From Penicillus capitatus (Eukaryota > Plantae > Chlorophyta), in assembly GCA_965649825.1 (NCBI GenBank), contig OZ287700.1:434001-498000 (forward strand): a stretch of 64,000 bases of DNA, given 5' to 3'. Below, piece after piece: positions 12,255 through 25,270 of this stretch. Made by a program: the position numbers and the translations under genes. Under the pieces are notes generated by a model. The model was given only the letters and a program-made list of their open reading frames with translations. It made no database searches and was not told the origin of the DNA. How positions within the stretch are numbered: position 1 is the first letter of the stretch; each line of letters opens with the position of its first letter.

Positions 12255-13139
12255 CTAGGTATACACATCGGAAACGCAGTGTTCCTCGATGCGTGTTTCG
12301 GCTTCGGTACTGTCTGAACGCTCCTCTGCTGTGTCCGACGGGATCTCTTGAAATGCGTTGGTCTTCAGACCAGCCGTCACGTCGCCGTCATGACTGGTTT
12401 TGTCCGCGAGATCCATATACACGGGTCTTTGGCATTTGAGTAAGCGAATGAACTCGCCATAGTCGATCGCACCGTCGCGGTTCGTGTCCATCAATCCAAG
12501 GAACTCATCCATCTCAGCTTCGCTCAAGAGATTGCCCAGCTCTTTCATCGTCGTCTTAAACTCCGCCGTCGAGATTTCGCCGTTGCCATCTTTGTCAAAG
12601 AAATTGAACGCGCGTTCAAGGATGCCCTCCTCCTCGTCTTGGTTCTCGAGCAACGCGTGCCAGAGATGCAAGAAATGCACAAACGCATATGGGGCGACGG
12701 AGGCGAGTCCGAGGGCACGGAGCTTTGCCTCGATCACATATTCCGGTGGGTTCATGCCGACTGAGTAACAGAGGAAAACCAGATCCTCCAGCGACATACC
12801 ATCCGACTGCTCGTGCATCCCTAACGCATGCAACGTGCATCGAGCCAGATGTATCTGCTCCGTCGATAGACCACAGTTCTCGATGGCGAACTCAAACGAC
12901 GGCTCCTCTTTTCTCGTTGGCCACCACTGCCGAAGCAGCTTTCGCAGATACTCCATCATGTGCCGACGTCGGGGCAGATACAACACGTCAACGTTTGTCA
13001 CGAGAGCGACGCATCGACGATGAACGGCGTCACGATCATGATCGCACTCGATGCTCGATCGATCGTCGCCGTAACGATCGAGTGCACGACGCAAGATATC
13101 GCGCTCGTTGTTCGGCGCGGTGATGTCTTTGTTGTCCAC
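12255..13139 (-). CDS. Calmodulin-like EF-hand protein (start uncertain)
   Basis: Two canonical EF loops, DKDGNGEISTAE and DTNRDGAIDYGE; the ORF begins at GTG, so the true start is unresolved. Confidence 0.8.
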   Translation of the reverse strand: MDNKDITAPNNERDILRRALDRYGDDRSSIECDHDRDAVHRRCVALVTNVDVLYLPRRRHMMEYLRKLLRQWWPTRKEEPSFEFAIENCGLSTEQIHLARCTLHALGMHEQSDGMSLEDLVFLCYSVGMNPPEYVIEAKLRALGLASVAPYAFVHFLHLWHALLENQDEEEGILERAFNFFDKDGNGEISTAEFKTTMKELGNLLSEAEMDEFLGLMDTNRDGAIDYGEFIRLLKCQRPVYMDLADKTSHDGDVTAGLKTNAFQEIPSDTAEERSDSTEAETRIEEHCVSDVYT

Positions 13140-13234
13140 GTGTCATCCGTCGTGCTATTCCATTGCTTGGTCACCCTTTCTACGCGGATGGTCGGTTGCA
13201 TTTCTCGTGAAAGGACGCGTGCGTTTGTGCAGAC

Positions 13235-14872
13235 GTGATACAGAAGCACAGCCGTTCATGCGGTGAATGCCACACCTGCGCTGCCTGTCTCCAGCGATGG
13301 AATGCTCTGTGCAGTTTCTTCGTCGAACCGCGCAGCTTGGCACTCGGTCTCTTCGTGGGCGCCGCCGCAGGGGGTGCTACCACACTCATCTGTGTCCGCC
13401 CCGATATCCTCCCCAAAAAACGTACCCTCTCCTCATCCATGCACAGAGATCCTCACAAACCATCTCTTCGCAGTGACAGGAGACCGCACGCCTGTTCCCA
13501 TACCCTCTTCAGAAAAGCTACCCGAGAGACGCGTCCCTCCTCTGGAAGCCACATACGATCACCCTGCCCTCAAATACGGTATATTTGTCAGCCCGCATTG
13601 CCGAGACAGTCCATAGGCATCGGAGACGTGTGAGCAGGTGTACCGACTCCTGGCTTCGGTCTACAGAATCTGAGGTTCTTTGATGGATTTGTGGCCGCTT
13701 TCGATAGCCGAACGCGCAATCCAAGTTGGGTACTGGAGCGTTTGATTCGGGGAGAAGAACGCGAGGCAGATGTGGATCGGTAGGATCTGATATGGGACGC
13801 TTTCGTCCGGCCATGCGTCTCCTTGTAGAACGCGATCCGTGTTTAGCGAAGATCCGTTGATCGACAAGCGATTCCGCAACAAACTCGACGATTTCCGAGA
13901 TTCGGGATACGATCGAGGACACATGGCACCTGCTGCCAATCACCGACGCACTCAGAAAGCCATGGATGATACATTCACCCTCACGTAACAAACCCACCCA
14001 TCACGCACGCTCTCCCCTGCCCTGATGATCACCTGCAGGAACATCAGCCCACAAGTCGGAAAAGGCTTCAACAGGTCCGTGCGTTCAGAGATGTGTGCTC
14101 TCGTTGATAGATGTGACCAACAGAGATTATTGGGCGCGTTTTGAGAAGTTTGTGCGGGATCTGGCGAAAGTGAGTGCGGCTGTGTTTGTGACGACCGGTC
14201 CCCTGTGGTTACCCGAGAGAAAAGCCGAAGGGAAATACATGATGAAGTATCCCATGATTGGCCACCCTCCTGCACTGATCTCTGTTCCCACACATTTCTA
14301 CAAAGTCATTTTGGCCGAGCCAAAAGATCAGCTGCTGGTGGAAGACGGAGAGGAGGAAGATCTCGCCCTCATGAACTGTGCCGTCGCCGCCTTCGTGATG
14401 CCCAATCGTTCCATCCCCGAAGACGTGCCGCTCACGCGATTCGCCGTTCCCATTTCGGATCTGGAGAGTGCCACGGGATTAACATTCTTCCCAAAGTACA
14501 TGACAGCAGAGAAGAGAGCTTTGCTCGATCGAGCCGCCCTCATCTGGAGATCCATTGGTCGTGCACTGCAAGGCAAATCCAACATCTCTCTTTTGGAAAC
14601 GCTGGACGGAGCCGACTCGGAAAACAACTCCAAAAAGAAACCCGTCGATATTGCTCAAGTAAAAAAGGATCAGCTTCGGCCTATCAGAGGTATAGATGGA
14701 TGGCGTTTGCGACCACCCTTGATCGTTGCCTACGAATGCTCTAGGCAAGGAATGTGCGATGGAACCGCATCTATGTTATCATGCAGAATGCACACTGCCC
14801 CCGCCCAATTTCTGGAAGAAGAGTGAGGAGAGACAACAGAAGCCGCCGCCGCCGCCATCATCCAAATCTTAA
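13235..14872 (+). CDS. ENDOG: Mitochondrial endonuclease G / Nuc1 (multi-exon; start approximate)
   Basis: Spliced exons give GYDRGHMAPAAN, TNISPQVGKGFNRDYW, TGPLWLP, VPTHFYKVIL, LESATGLTFF. Confidence 0.9.
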
Positions 14873-14881
14873 GAGACTTAT

Positions 14882-15719
14882 TCACAGTGTCAGAGATCGC
14901 TTTATCTTTTTTGTTGCATCACAAAGTGGAGAATGTCGATGATGTAGCGAACGCCTTCTGGCGTCATGGCCAAGACATCTCTTAAGTAACATTTCTCTGG
15001 GGAGAATCGCAGTTCTTCTATCGACCTGCGAGAATTCCTTGAATAACGAAGGAGGGAGGGGTCTGAGATGAATGGACGAGAGAACTGGACCTGTAGTTTT
15101 GTCGAATGAATTGCATGCATTTGTCTGCAAGGGCCGTCTGCTGATACTGTGCGGCAAAGGCCAGCCATTTCAGTACATAGTCATTCTTAACACGCAGCGT
15201 GCTAAACACTGTCCGTGGACTGAGCAAGAACGCATGACATCGCTCCATCACACCCTGCATCCCGTACTTATCCGCCAAGGCAAAGATCCGAGCTGCATTC
15301 TCCTGTACATCACACAGCTGTCGAGATCGAGAGACGTCACATCATAAAGTGTGTGTGACCCAGTTGATATCCGTCACAGGTGTGATGGGATAGATAACGC
15401 CCAAGATTTCTGTCCAATCCGCCGAACTCTCTTCCACAGCAAATTCCAACATGCCTCCCTCGCTCTCGGCGTTTTTGGTCGCTCCGGGGCATTCGCGGAA
15501 GACGCTCGACCACTTGGATAGAATCAGACGATGGACATAGAGGCGTTCATCGTCATTGCAGATAATACACTATGCAAGGAGGTCCGCGTCTCAGCCGATG
15601 ACGCCAGTGTCAAGAGGGTGTACCATATCGGCATCGCACGTGAGGTCATCCTTCCCTGTGAAAGATTTGACGCGTGCGGGACTTTCGTTAGCCGATTGCG
15701 ACGAAGCACACGTGTTCAT
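14882..15719 (-). CDS. BTB/POZ domain protein (multi-exon)
   Basis: Spliced translation ERLYVHRLILSKWSSVF...WTEILGVIYP...ADKYGMQGVMERC. Confidence 0.75.
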
Positions 15720-15915
15720 TTCTCAAATGCCGGACATTTGTTTCATATGCGCTAAAGCGTCTGCTAAACTGTCGGTGGACGTCTCTTCATGTGCTTTCTC
15801 CTCCGCCCGCAGCTACGTCCGAAATACGCTGAGTGGCGAGAGCGTTGTGTTGGAAACGATCTTACGCGTTTCTTCCATTCGAGACGCAAACGCTCTGCTC
15901 TCTGTCTGCTCTCCT

Positions 15916-17475
15916 TCATACGTTCCAACCGGCGTGCCCGGCGTCGTAACCTACGCTCCGCCGCAGCCGCCGAAGATCTAGATCACTTGGATCATCTGAG
16001 AAGGGCGATCGTATGCTGGACGCCCACTTCTTGAGTCGTTCCATCGCATAAGTGCCAAATTTCCCATAGTACCCTCCATCTGTCTGTGCAGGTCGCAAGA
16101 GACGTGGCGCTTCCATACACGATGCACAGCAGCAGCCTTGTAAACGTGCTTTGCAGGCATCGCATGCGATAAAGAGTCGATTGCAGTCGACATTGGCGCA
16201 GTTGACATGGGGCACATGACCTGGACCATTGCACACTTGACAGCGGATGGACGAGGGCAGACCTTCGGCCGTTTCCTTGACATCTAGTCCAGGACGATCG
16301 CATAAGGAGGGCCACGATTTGGACGTACCTTCGGGGACGATGGCCATACGGCCGTCGAAAACGAAGAGACTGCCATCCCATAGTGCACTCCCTTCTTCCT
16401 TAAAGTACTTTTGGACGCCGCCTTCAAGGGAATAGAGATTTTGGAATCCGTTCCTGCGCAGAACGGTCGAATAGATATCGCAACGGATGCCGCCTGTACA
16501 GTACATCTGCAAATTTGTGAGCCGTACAGGATCCAAAAGATCACTGTGTTCATACCAGTACAGGGGTGTCCTTATCGGCAGCCACGAGTGGCTCTGGGAC
16601 GGTATCGGCCACTGGCGTCTCACTAAAGGCGTCTTCGCTTGGTCGAACCGCCCCTTCAAAATGACCCGCATCCCATTCGTAGCCATTTCGCACATCCAAC
16701 ACGATCGGCTGAAGATTCTCACACATCACATTCATGGACGTCCGTCACATCATCATGTGATGTGGGTGAGGACTTTGGCGGCGCAGGTTGGCGCGGTGAT
16801 TGCCTCCTTCAAGCGTGCTTTCCATTCGACAGGGGTCAGTGGAGTGGCGCGTTGCTCTGCCTGTGTGATGGGCAGCGATGCCAGGCCGCCTTGAAGCTGT
16901 ACCAGATTCGGCTTCACCTTCAATCTGAGCTTAGGAAACATATGCTGATCGACCTCATCGCAATTCCACTGTAGCTCCTATCGATCCATCCGACACCATA
17001 CGTCTGACCCATCCTCCTTCAACCGAATCTCACTTCAAAGGCGGACTGATGTCGCACCCAATACACATAGGCCTCTGTATCCGACACCGATCCCGTAAAC
17101 TGTGCGTTCACACCCTGCGAGGAGAAGTAGATGCGTCCCCGGATATCACGCCCTTGCATCCATTCCTTATGTTCTTGCACCACCTGTCACATCACCGCTA
17201 TATGACCACGCCTTTAGAGGCAGCAAGCAATACACGTCGACCTGATCAGGCCGGTCAATGTCCACAAGATGATAGAAATTCACGATCCGATAATCCTTCT
17301 CCTTCACGATCGGCTCCGTCCTTCCCACCTCTGCCGTCTCCCTCGTCCAGCGATGATCACGGTGCGTCGCGCTCGGCCATGTCATCCGTTGAGGATATCG
17401 CCCAATCCACGGCCGACCAAAGATACGCGACGCGCTCGGACATGAACGTAAAGCAACGCGTCGCATCGACAACAT
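15916..17475 (-). CDS. Rhodanese-domain protein, UPF0176/TrhO-like, organelle-targeted (multi-exon)
   Basis: [58 protein letters not shown], and a C-terminal Cys cluster. Confidence 0.85.
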
Positions 17476-17542
17476 TTGATAGATAACGTGCAGCACGTCG
17501 TGAATTTTTCTCGCTCTTCTTCCTACGCGTTTTCGCAGTCAT

Positions 17543-18733
17543 ATGGCGTCGGCCATCTCGATACCACCTACGAAGACGGAATCGCTTCCCGCAGATGTTA
17601 CCGTGCTCCCTATCAAGCTGACGTCTGACAATAAACACACCGACGCCGTCCACGCGCAGAGCTGCCGTCCACGTTTCTCAAAGAAAGACGTGTCGGCGCT
17701 CTGTAGTGTTTTGGCCTTGACGGCGTCGCTTATGATATACGGAATTCTGCAAGAGCGTATCATGACTGTTCCATTCGGTCCAGACAAACGACGATTTCGG
17801 CATTCTCTTTTCTTGGTTCTCTGCAACCGACTGGTCGCCTGTTTCCTGGCGCTGCTGACAGTCTACTTCACCGGAGGGAAGGTGGAGCCCGTTGCTCCTC
17901 TGCATAGCTATGGATTGATCAGCATCGCCAACGTTGTCTCCTCCGCCTGCCAGTACGAAGCGCTGAAATATGTCTCCTTTCCTGTACAAGTACTGGCCAA
18001 GTGCACGAAGATGATCCCCGTCATGGTCTGGCAGTCGATCATTGCACGGGCGCGCTATTCTGTGAGGGAATACCTGGAAGCGACCGTCGTTGCTCTCGGA
18101 TGTGCTATTTTTCTACTCACTGGTGAAGTGAGCTCATCAGGAACGGCCCACGCCTTCCATCGAGGTGCTGTGTACTTCATGGGCGGTGGCATTCTCGTGA
18201 TCTATCTCGCCGTGGACGGTTTCACATCGACTTGGCAGGGCTGGCTCTTTACTGGCTATCAAATGGACATTGGAAATCAAGTGCTCTATACCACGCTCTG
18301 CTCGATCTGTCTCAGCAGTTGTGGTCTGCTGGTCTCCGGAAAATTTCAAGCGGCTCTAGAATTCGTGAGGGATTACCCGGAGGTGTGGTGGTGGATTGTG
18401 GGTATCTCTTTGGCAAGCGCTGCCGTTCAGTTCCTCGTCACGCATACCATCAAAGAGTACGGCGCTCTTGTTTTTGCGACAGTGATGACGACGCGACAGT
18501 GGTTCTCGATCCTGCTTTCCTGTCTTCTCTTTGCCCATCCTCTCACATCTGGGCAATGGTATGCCTCGATGCCGGTCAGCAGAGAATCGATGTATACGGT
18601 GTCGCTGTTTCTAGGTTGGGTACGGTGTTGGTCTTCGGGGCATTGTATCGCCGGTTTTATGAGAAGCACCAATATCAACAACAACAAGCAACAACAACAA
18701 CAGATAATCTCATTAGAACGCAATAACACGTGA
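17543..18733 (+). CDS. Nucleotide-sugar/PAPS transporter (SLC35B/UAA family)
   Basis: YGILQERIMT, QYEALKYVSFPVQVLAKCTKMIPVM, DGFTSTWQ, YGALVFATVMTTRQ; last exon boundary uncertain. Confidence 0.9.
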   Translation: MASAISIPPTKTESLPADVTVLPIKLTSDNKHTDAVHAQSCRPRFSKKDVSALCSVLALTASLMIYGILQERIMTVPFGPDKRRFRHSLFLVLCNRLVACFLALLTVYFTGGKVEPVAPLHSYGLISIANVVSSACQYEALKYVSFPVQVLAKCTKMIPVMVWQSIIARARYSVREYLEATVVALGCAIFLLTGEVSSSGTAHAFHRGAVYFMGGGILVIYLAVDGFTSTWQGWLFTGYQMDIGNQVLYTTLCSICLSSCGLLVSGKFQAALEFVRDYPEVWWWIVGISLASAAVQFLVTHTIKEYGALVFATVMTTRQWFSILLSCLLFAHPLTSGQWYASMPVSRESMYTVSLFLGWVRCWSSGHCIAGFMRSTNINNNKQQQQQIISLERNNT

Positions 18734-19176
18734 TTGATTTCTTGAATGGATGCGGAGAGCAAAGCTGACAGAAAATAGCTGCTTCTTAAATGCAATGCAT
18801 CTGTCACCGCGAAAGATTGAGAGCCACATCTGTCTGACGTATCTTATCCGTTTCTGTTCCATACGTAAACAGGTGCAAAAAGGCAGGATCGGGATGTGGC
18901 TGTCATGTTATTGTATCTCATTCTTTCTCGCAAATAGAAAATCAAAGTGCACAGAAAAACGAAACGAGAAGAATTCCAATGGAAGATTTGCAAAACGGAC
19001 ACCCCTTGTGCCACGCGCTTCTGCTTGATGGGTGTTTTGTGCTGCACGGAAGAATCCTAGTTGAGCAGACTAGGGGCGCTCTTGGTATGGTTCTGGGGCT
19101 TGCTTGGAAAAGAGCGGAGAAAAAATCAAACATTGGACACGACGAACGCAGGGCGTTGCCAGGTACGTACGTACGC

Positions 19177-20483
19177 TTAATAAACACGGCCTCCTCCATT
19201 CACTCGCGGAGCTCCGCTTCCACTCTCAGACATTCCAACTTTTTGGCAAACCAGCAAAACAGCCAAATGAACACTCTCTAAGGATCCAGAGATTGTCACT
19301 TTACGATATCCTGTTTCGGGAGCAACGTCTTCACGATCAGAGACCTTGACACGCGCTCCAGAAATCTAAACAGATCAACACCGGCGCCTTCTCTTATCGT
19401 TTATGGGCAGCATCGGCGTTTACTTGTGTGATTTCGGCAATGTTTTTACCCTTTCGACCAAGAATCGCACCCGTATCCGCATTGGTGACGTCCAGAATGG
19501 TCGTGCAATTTGCGTTTGCAAGCGGAGCCACATGTTGTGAGAGCGAGGCCATGGTTGAGAATCCGCTGCGTTGACCTGACCCCGGAGACAGCGGTTGTTC
19601 TGCATACTCATCATACTTTGGATCCTCTGACAGCTAGAGCAACACCAAAACACAGATCATCATCACCATCTAATACCATCCATCCCCCTCTACTTTGCTC
19701 AGAATGAGACCAAATGCACGCATGATTTGAGAAGTACTGCCTTTGACGGTTACCAAGCGCTCGCTGACTCCAGGCAACAAAGTATCCTGTCCTTGAATCC
19801 TATCGCACATATCACTCTTATGGATGAGTCATATGGCAGGATGCTGTCCAATGCCTCGTTATTACCTAATGTCGGCCTTACAGTCTTCCATGAAGGCACG
19901 GACCGTCGATCCTCCCTTCCCAATAACGGCACCACACAATCGAATCGGAATACAGAGCTTCACACGGAGGTTGCCGTCTTCATCTGTGGCTGGTTCATCA
20001 TCTTCACTCCCAGCTGTTTCTTCTTTGATTTTACCGAGCACCAAATGCACAGCGGTCAGCACAGAATGCAGCGTTCCCGATATCACTGCGATTCTCTCTT
20101 TAGTGCCTAACAAGCGACGCCGACGGTCACAACACAGCACAGGGTCATTACCTCCTTACCAGCGAAATACTCCCCAGCCCTCGACAGCTGAATCCGTGCT
20201 TGTGAAGATAACTGAAATTCGCTGATGGTCGCGCCGCCCTGCGCGCCGACGTCTTGTGTCCGGAAAATAACGTCATGCGTACTTTGCCGATGATGGAGCC
20301 GGCAACGGAATTCGACACAAGGAGCTTCAGGACCGCTTTCTGGTCGCCGCTCGGAACTGAAAGCATAACGCGACCGTCGTGCTTTGCTCGTCGACGGATG
20401 GTGCACGCACCTTCTTGTACTGTCAGTTTCTCTTCGACCTCTTCGACGAGCGTCTCTCCCTGAAACCGCACGCACACACGCAC
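19177..20483 (-). CDS. Triple-KH RNA-binding protein (NOVA/BTR1-like), multi-exon
   Basis: Three GxxG KH motifs: AGSIIGKGGATI, CGAVIGKGGSTV, GAILGRKGKNI; 5' end uncertain. Confidence 0.85.
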
Positions 20484-20755
20484 GGTCGTGTCCCTTACGC
20501 CGTCAAGAGCCTATCGCGCACCTCCATGACGGGTATGGCGTTGCTTCAATGGTACAGAGATTTATCGTCCAAAAGCGATACGATTTGGAACGAAGAACGA
20601 CAACAGCTACAAAGCAAAAGGAACGGGATCGCTTTGAATCAGCTCGAGACGTGATGATGTGACGTTCTTGAGGGCCATTGTGCAAAACTTAATAATAAAT
20701 GCGTCATGGATACGCTCGAGTGCGATCCACAAAGAATCTCCATAAGTGCGAAGGG

Positions 20756-22654
20756 TCAGAGTTCGATAGGCATGGCCTCCATCGTCTGTGCCATCCGTTC
20801 TTTCCACGGTTTAGGCAGAGAAGCTTTCAAGCGATCCATGATGCTGATGTCGGGGTTCAGCTTGGTAGACCATCCCTCCAGAACCAATGTCGTGGCCATC
20901 AATGTACAGACGGACCCCTTCAACGTCACATCATGTTCGCGAACCGTACTGAGCATGTCTTGGATGATTTCAGAAGTGTAATGACGAACGGTCTCGAAAT
21001 CGAGTTGATCAAAGAGCTGCTTCATATCGCGCACGAAGGCTTCCGGATTGGGACACTTGGGATGCACCGTCATATCGAGAATCGCCCGCGCCACGTCGGC
21101 GCCGTCGATTCGGGTCAGCGCCTGAAAGAAAGACAGCACGTGTTGCTGATCTTGTTTCGACAGCTCTGCCACCATTCCCGCATCGATGAGGACCAGTTTG
21201 GGCCGATGGACTCTTCTCCATATCGGCCTGTCATCTCGAACTAAGATGTTGCCGGGATGGAGGTCAGCATGAACGAAGTTGTCACGCATGAGCATTTTGA
21301 GGTAGACATCCAGGCCTGTCTGCGAGACGGCGACACTGGTGGCGTAATCCGGATCGTGAACAAGGTCCGATATCAGAACGCCGTTTTCAAAACTCTCGAC
21401 CAGGACAGAAGAGGAGATGAGTGGGTCGATCGGCTTTGGAAAGCCAACGGATTTCCATCCGCGAAAATTCTGCCGAAAGCGTTGAAGATTTTCGGCCTCC
21501 AGTCTCAGATCTAACTGCTCCTGCAGCGGTGCTCCAAACTGACGCATCGATTCTTCGAGACGCAAGCCGGAGAAGAGGTGCGAAAATTTCGAAGAGAGAA
21601 TGCAGGCACGCATCATGAGTTTGAAATCACGCGTCATCAGTTCCTGAACGCCTGGATGTCGTACTTTGACGGCAACCCATGTACCAACGGGGCGCTTTGT
21701 CCGTGCCGCCGCCACTTCGCCCAATTTCGCCCGATGTACTTGAGCAATACTTCCCGATGCGACGGGCTCCGGATCGAATTCGAGGAAGAGTTCTTCCAGA
21801 GGCAGACCGAAAGAGGCCTCGATTTCTTCTCGTGTATGTGCAAAGCTGTGGCGAGGTGCTTGGTTGTGCAATCGCTCCAGTGCTCGACAAAGATCCCGAG
21901 GGAGCAGATCTGGCCGCGTTGCGCCCCATTGTCCCCATTTGATAAAAGCCGGTCCCGCATGCTCCAGTGTCCATCGCACACATTCCACCCACCACTGTCG
22001 TCCCCAATCATATCCCAGCGCAAAGGGAGCCCAGAGAATGGATGGTAAAAACAGTAAAGACAGCACGAGACATCGCCACCACAGATGCCACTCCTCTTTC
22101 ATCATCTCGTAGAGGGACGGTGATGTGACAGGCGATTGTCTCGTGACGGCATCGTGGACATGACGGGAGAAGGACTGTCCAAGAAGTGGATGATCATGCA
22201 GACCCCATGTGCCCAGGAGCGTCGGAGCACACCAGTAGAGAATCTGCGCACCGGAGGGACTGATATTGATCGCATTGAGCAAAGCCACACTCCGCCGTTC
22301 AAATACCAAGCGTGTCTGCAATGCCTCGTCTATTGCCGCCTGTCGCGCCCTTTTGAGTTTCCAGAGGACCTCCTCGAATTCCTGCTTCAGTGGCGTGCCT
22401 CGATGACAGAGTCTGTCAACGTGCGACACCAGAACGGACCTCCGCTTGGAAAAGAGCGCCGTCCATTGAACAGGTGAGGGCCCCAATGAGAAGAGAGGGA
22501 ACTCCACGTGTCGGTGCCTAAGAACGAGGCATGATTCTGGGAACGTGCAATGCGGATATGTTACGTAAGGGACTCGGACAGGACAGTGGGACGAATGGAC
22601 TGCCAGGCCGATCGCAGAATACGCGTCAGGCGTCGTTTCATCGCTGAACAGCAA
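20756..22654 (-). CDS. ABC1/ADCK (UbiB-family) atypical kinase
   Basis: GPAFIKWGQWGATRPDL, VASGSIAQVH, VAVKVRHP, NFVHADLHPGNILV, LIDAG; true start probably downstream of the ORF start. Confidence 0.9.
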   Translation of the reverse strand: MLFSDETTPDAYSAIGLAVHSSHCPVRVPYVTYPHCTFPESCLVLRHRHVEFPLFSLGPSPVQWTALFSKRRSVLVSHVDRLCHRGTPLKQEFEEVLWKLKRARQAAIDEALQTRLVFERRSVALLNAINISPSGAQILYWCAPTLLGTWGLHDHPLLGQSFSRHVHDAVTRQSPVTSPSLYEMMKEEWHLWWRCLVLSLLFLPSILWAPFALGYDWGRQWWVECVRWTLEHAGPAFIKWGQWGATRPDLLPRDLCRALERLHNQAPRHSFAHTREEIEASFGLPLEELFLEFDPEPVASGSIAQVHRAKLGEVAAARTKRPVGTWVAVKVRHPGVQELMTRDFKLMMRACILSSKFSHLFSGLRLEESMRQFGAPLQEQLDLRLEAENLQRFRQNFRGWKSVGFPKPIDPLISSSVLVESFENGVLISDLVHDPDYATSVAVSQTGLDVYLKMLMRDNFVHADLHPGNILVRDDRPIWRRVHRPKLVLIDAGMVAELSKQDQQHVLSFFQALTRIDGADVARAILDMTVHPKCPNPEAFVRDMKQLFDQLDFETVRHYTSEIIQDMLSTVREHDVTLKGSVCTLMATTLVLEGWSTKLNPDISIMDRLKASLPKPWKERMAQTMEAMPIEL

Positions 22655-22696
22655 ATAACGTTCGTCGACGTCACGAGTACATTTAGCTTCATCACC

Positions 22697-23291
22697 ATGG
22701 ATGTCTTCACAAGGCTATGGGGAACGGACCCTTCTCACGAAGCACGGAACATCGTGCGCAAGATTCCGATGCGCGTCGAACCAAAATCATATTACTGTAC
22801 ACCCACTCCGCCCTCGACGACCCCTCGACGCGTTTCGACTGTAGCGAACGAACGCACCTTCCTAAGCTGGCTGAAAATGGCAGTGGCCCTGGGCGGCGTC
22901 TCCTCGGCTGTCTTCGGCTATAAGGTCCATTATTGTGTACCCAACGTCTCCATGTCAGCCAAACGATGCAGAAATCGAAGGAGGAGGACGAGGACACTGA
23001 AGATGAAGAGAGGCTCATCTCGGCCACCACCATCGACATGATTTACACATGCATGCTGCCACTGTCCATGATCATGATACTCTATGCCTTAATCATCTGT
23101 CTTCGCCGTCGCTACTGTCTGAAGACCAAAACGGTGACCGCGCCTGTCTTTTCACACGACATCGATGAAGCAGGCAGCTCTCATAGGTGACCGTCTTCTT
23201 CAATGACCGCATTGGACCGACCTGTATTGCCGCCACTGTTGTTGGTGTCCTGTTGGCGATCTATGGAAGTACATTAAGAGACCTTTGCTGA
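22697..23291 (+). CDS. VTC1: Vacuolar transporter chaperone 1-like (DUF202), multi-exon
   Basis: KIPMRVEPK, NERTFLSWL, three TM segments, DRIGP. This is the polyphosphate VTC1, not the plant ascorbate gene of the same name. Confidence 0.75.
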
Positions 23292-23341
23292 CACATATGA
23301 TGTTTGGTCTCCTCCTTTCTTTGAGAGCATCATCATCACCA

Positions 23342-25218
23342 TCAGTATATGAGTCCTTGTCTCTTGAGATCATCATAGGTTTTGCGATTGTAGACGTTGC
23401 CATCTGCATCTTCAAATTCTTCATCGAGCTCTGAACGCCATCCGCCTTTGTCTCTCTGCTTCATGTTCTCTGCCAAGGCCACGGCATCTTCGATCTTGGT
23501 GATCTCATAGAAGTTCTTGTTGTTAGGTATCCCCAATGCTCGCATTCCGTTCTGATGACGCCATTCTTTGAAGTGCTTCTCAAATGCGCGACGACCCCAG
23601 TAGCTGTAGTTCCCACAGATCTCGCACTTGAACTCTTGATTCAGTCCATGCAGCTTATACAGCCAATATGGAATGGGCTTTCCATCCCAACCTGCATAAG
23701 AGCCGTATATGAAACAACAAAGACTGGGAGACAAGTGCACCTAGAGGGAGTTTGAGAGGATTGTAGATGTATTCATCCTCTTCTTCGCTCTCCTCTTCTT
23801 CAATGATCTGCTGCTCTTGTTCGAGAAGCTCGGCCTGAAGCTCTTCGATTGTCTGGGCCTGTTTTCGCTGGACCTTTCCTTTGGTGTCTTCCAAGATATT
23901 CCCCAAGAGTTCGATAACGCGATGGATCTTGGCTTCAATCAACCCCACTTCTTTCACCTTCGATTCCTGTTCTTTGCTTTCCTCCGGCCTCCTGGGAGGC
24001 ACCACACCTATGACATGACCCATGCCTTCTTCCAAGTGAAGAGAACTGAGGAAGCAGACCTTTGGCAAAGTGTATCGGATCGAGATCTTCTAGAGAACGT
24101 CCCTTGAGGAGATACAGTCTCTCGGCTCTCTGTCGCGGTGTTCCGCCGCACTTGAGTCCAAGAGACTGAAGAGCCTGCTTCAATCGATCGGCACCAACAG
24201 ATTCCAAATCGTCGATATCGATGAAAGCGTTGACGTCGATGATGCTGGCGATGTTCTGCACAGGAGCCTTGCCAATTCCACGATCTTCCCATCCCTTGAC
24301 CTCTCCTCTGTCCCATTTCCCATCGAACTCCTCCATCAGCTGTCACATCACAGCATTCTCCCACATCGCACTGTGACAAGCGCACCTTGCTGTATTGCTT
24401 GGAGAGGGATGCCAATGGATGTGTGCGCGTATAGAAGGATTCAAGATAAGCCAGCAAGCCTTCCACATATTCCCTGTCACATCAGAAGCCTCTCGCCTAA
24501 TGTGGCTGGATTTCTGTGAGAGATAGATGCCTGTATTGCTTTGAAAGCTTCTTTTTTCGCGGAATCTTATCAAACTCCATGAACGACGTCAGATATTCGG
24601 CGTACTCGATCTGCTCTCCAAAGCTCTTGTTAACAAAGCTGTTGTACTGCTCGTGGAGATCCAGGTATTTCCCAAAGACTTCTTCTCCCGAAAACTCCAC
24701 AGGCGGCTCATGGTTCAACGCCGCTTCATCGTCTTCTGCTTCTGTCACATCAGTATTCGGGTAACGTCGATGATAATCGCGGATCTCATTCAATCGCTGG
24801 TGATAGTTCCTATGACAGCGACAACCCATCCAGGCCACTGTTATCGCTATCAGACGCCTCACGCGAAGACGGCGTCTCCTCCCAGCGCTGCGATCTCATC
24901 TTTCCTTGCATTGTCAGTGTCTTCATAGATTCGGATCTGCCAACGCACAGGCATGGCACTCATGTTGCTCGTGGACCAGTCCCACGTACGAGTTTGGTCG
25001 CTCGGTCCTCCGTCGTCTCGAGCAGTTGGCGTATGCGATGTCCCTGAAAGAGCTTTTCCTGATGCGTCAAGGCATCGCGTTTCATATCTTTCACAGCGAG
25101 GCGCTCGCATCGTTCGATATCTTCATGCAACGCTGGACAGGACGCGCATCGTATGCCGGCCGTAACGTGGAGAGCGCTGGAACGGACCTCGCGTCAATTC
25201 GAGAATGGAATTGGACAT
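23342..25218 (-). CDS. SF3A3: Splicing factor 3A subunit 3 (Prp9), multi-exon
   Basis: [66 protein letters not shown]. Confidence 0.95.
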
Positions 25219-25270
25219 CGGAAGGAGGCAACACCAACAAAAGCCGTCACATCACACAAGGCAATGGCGT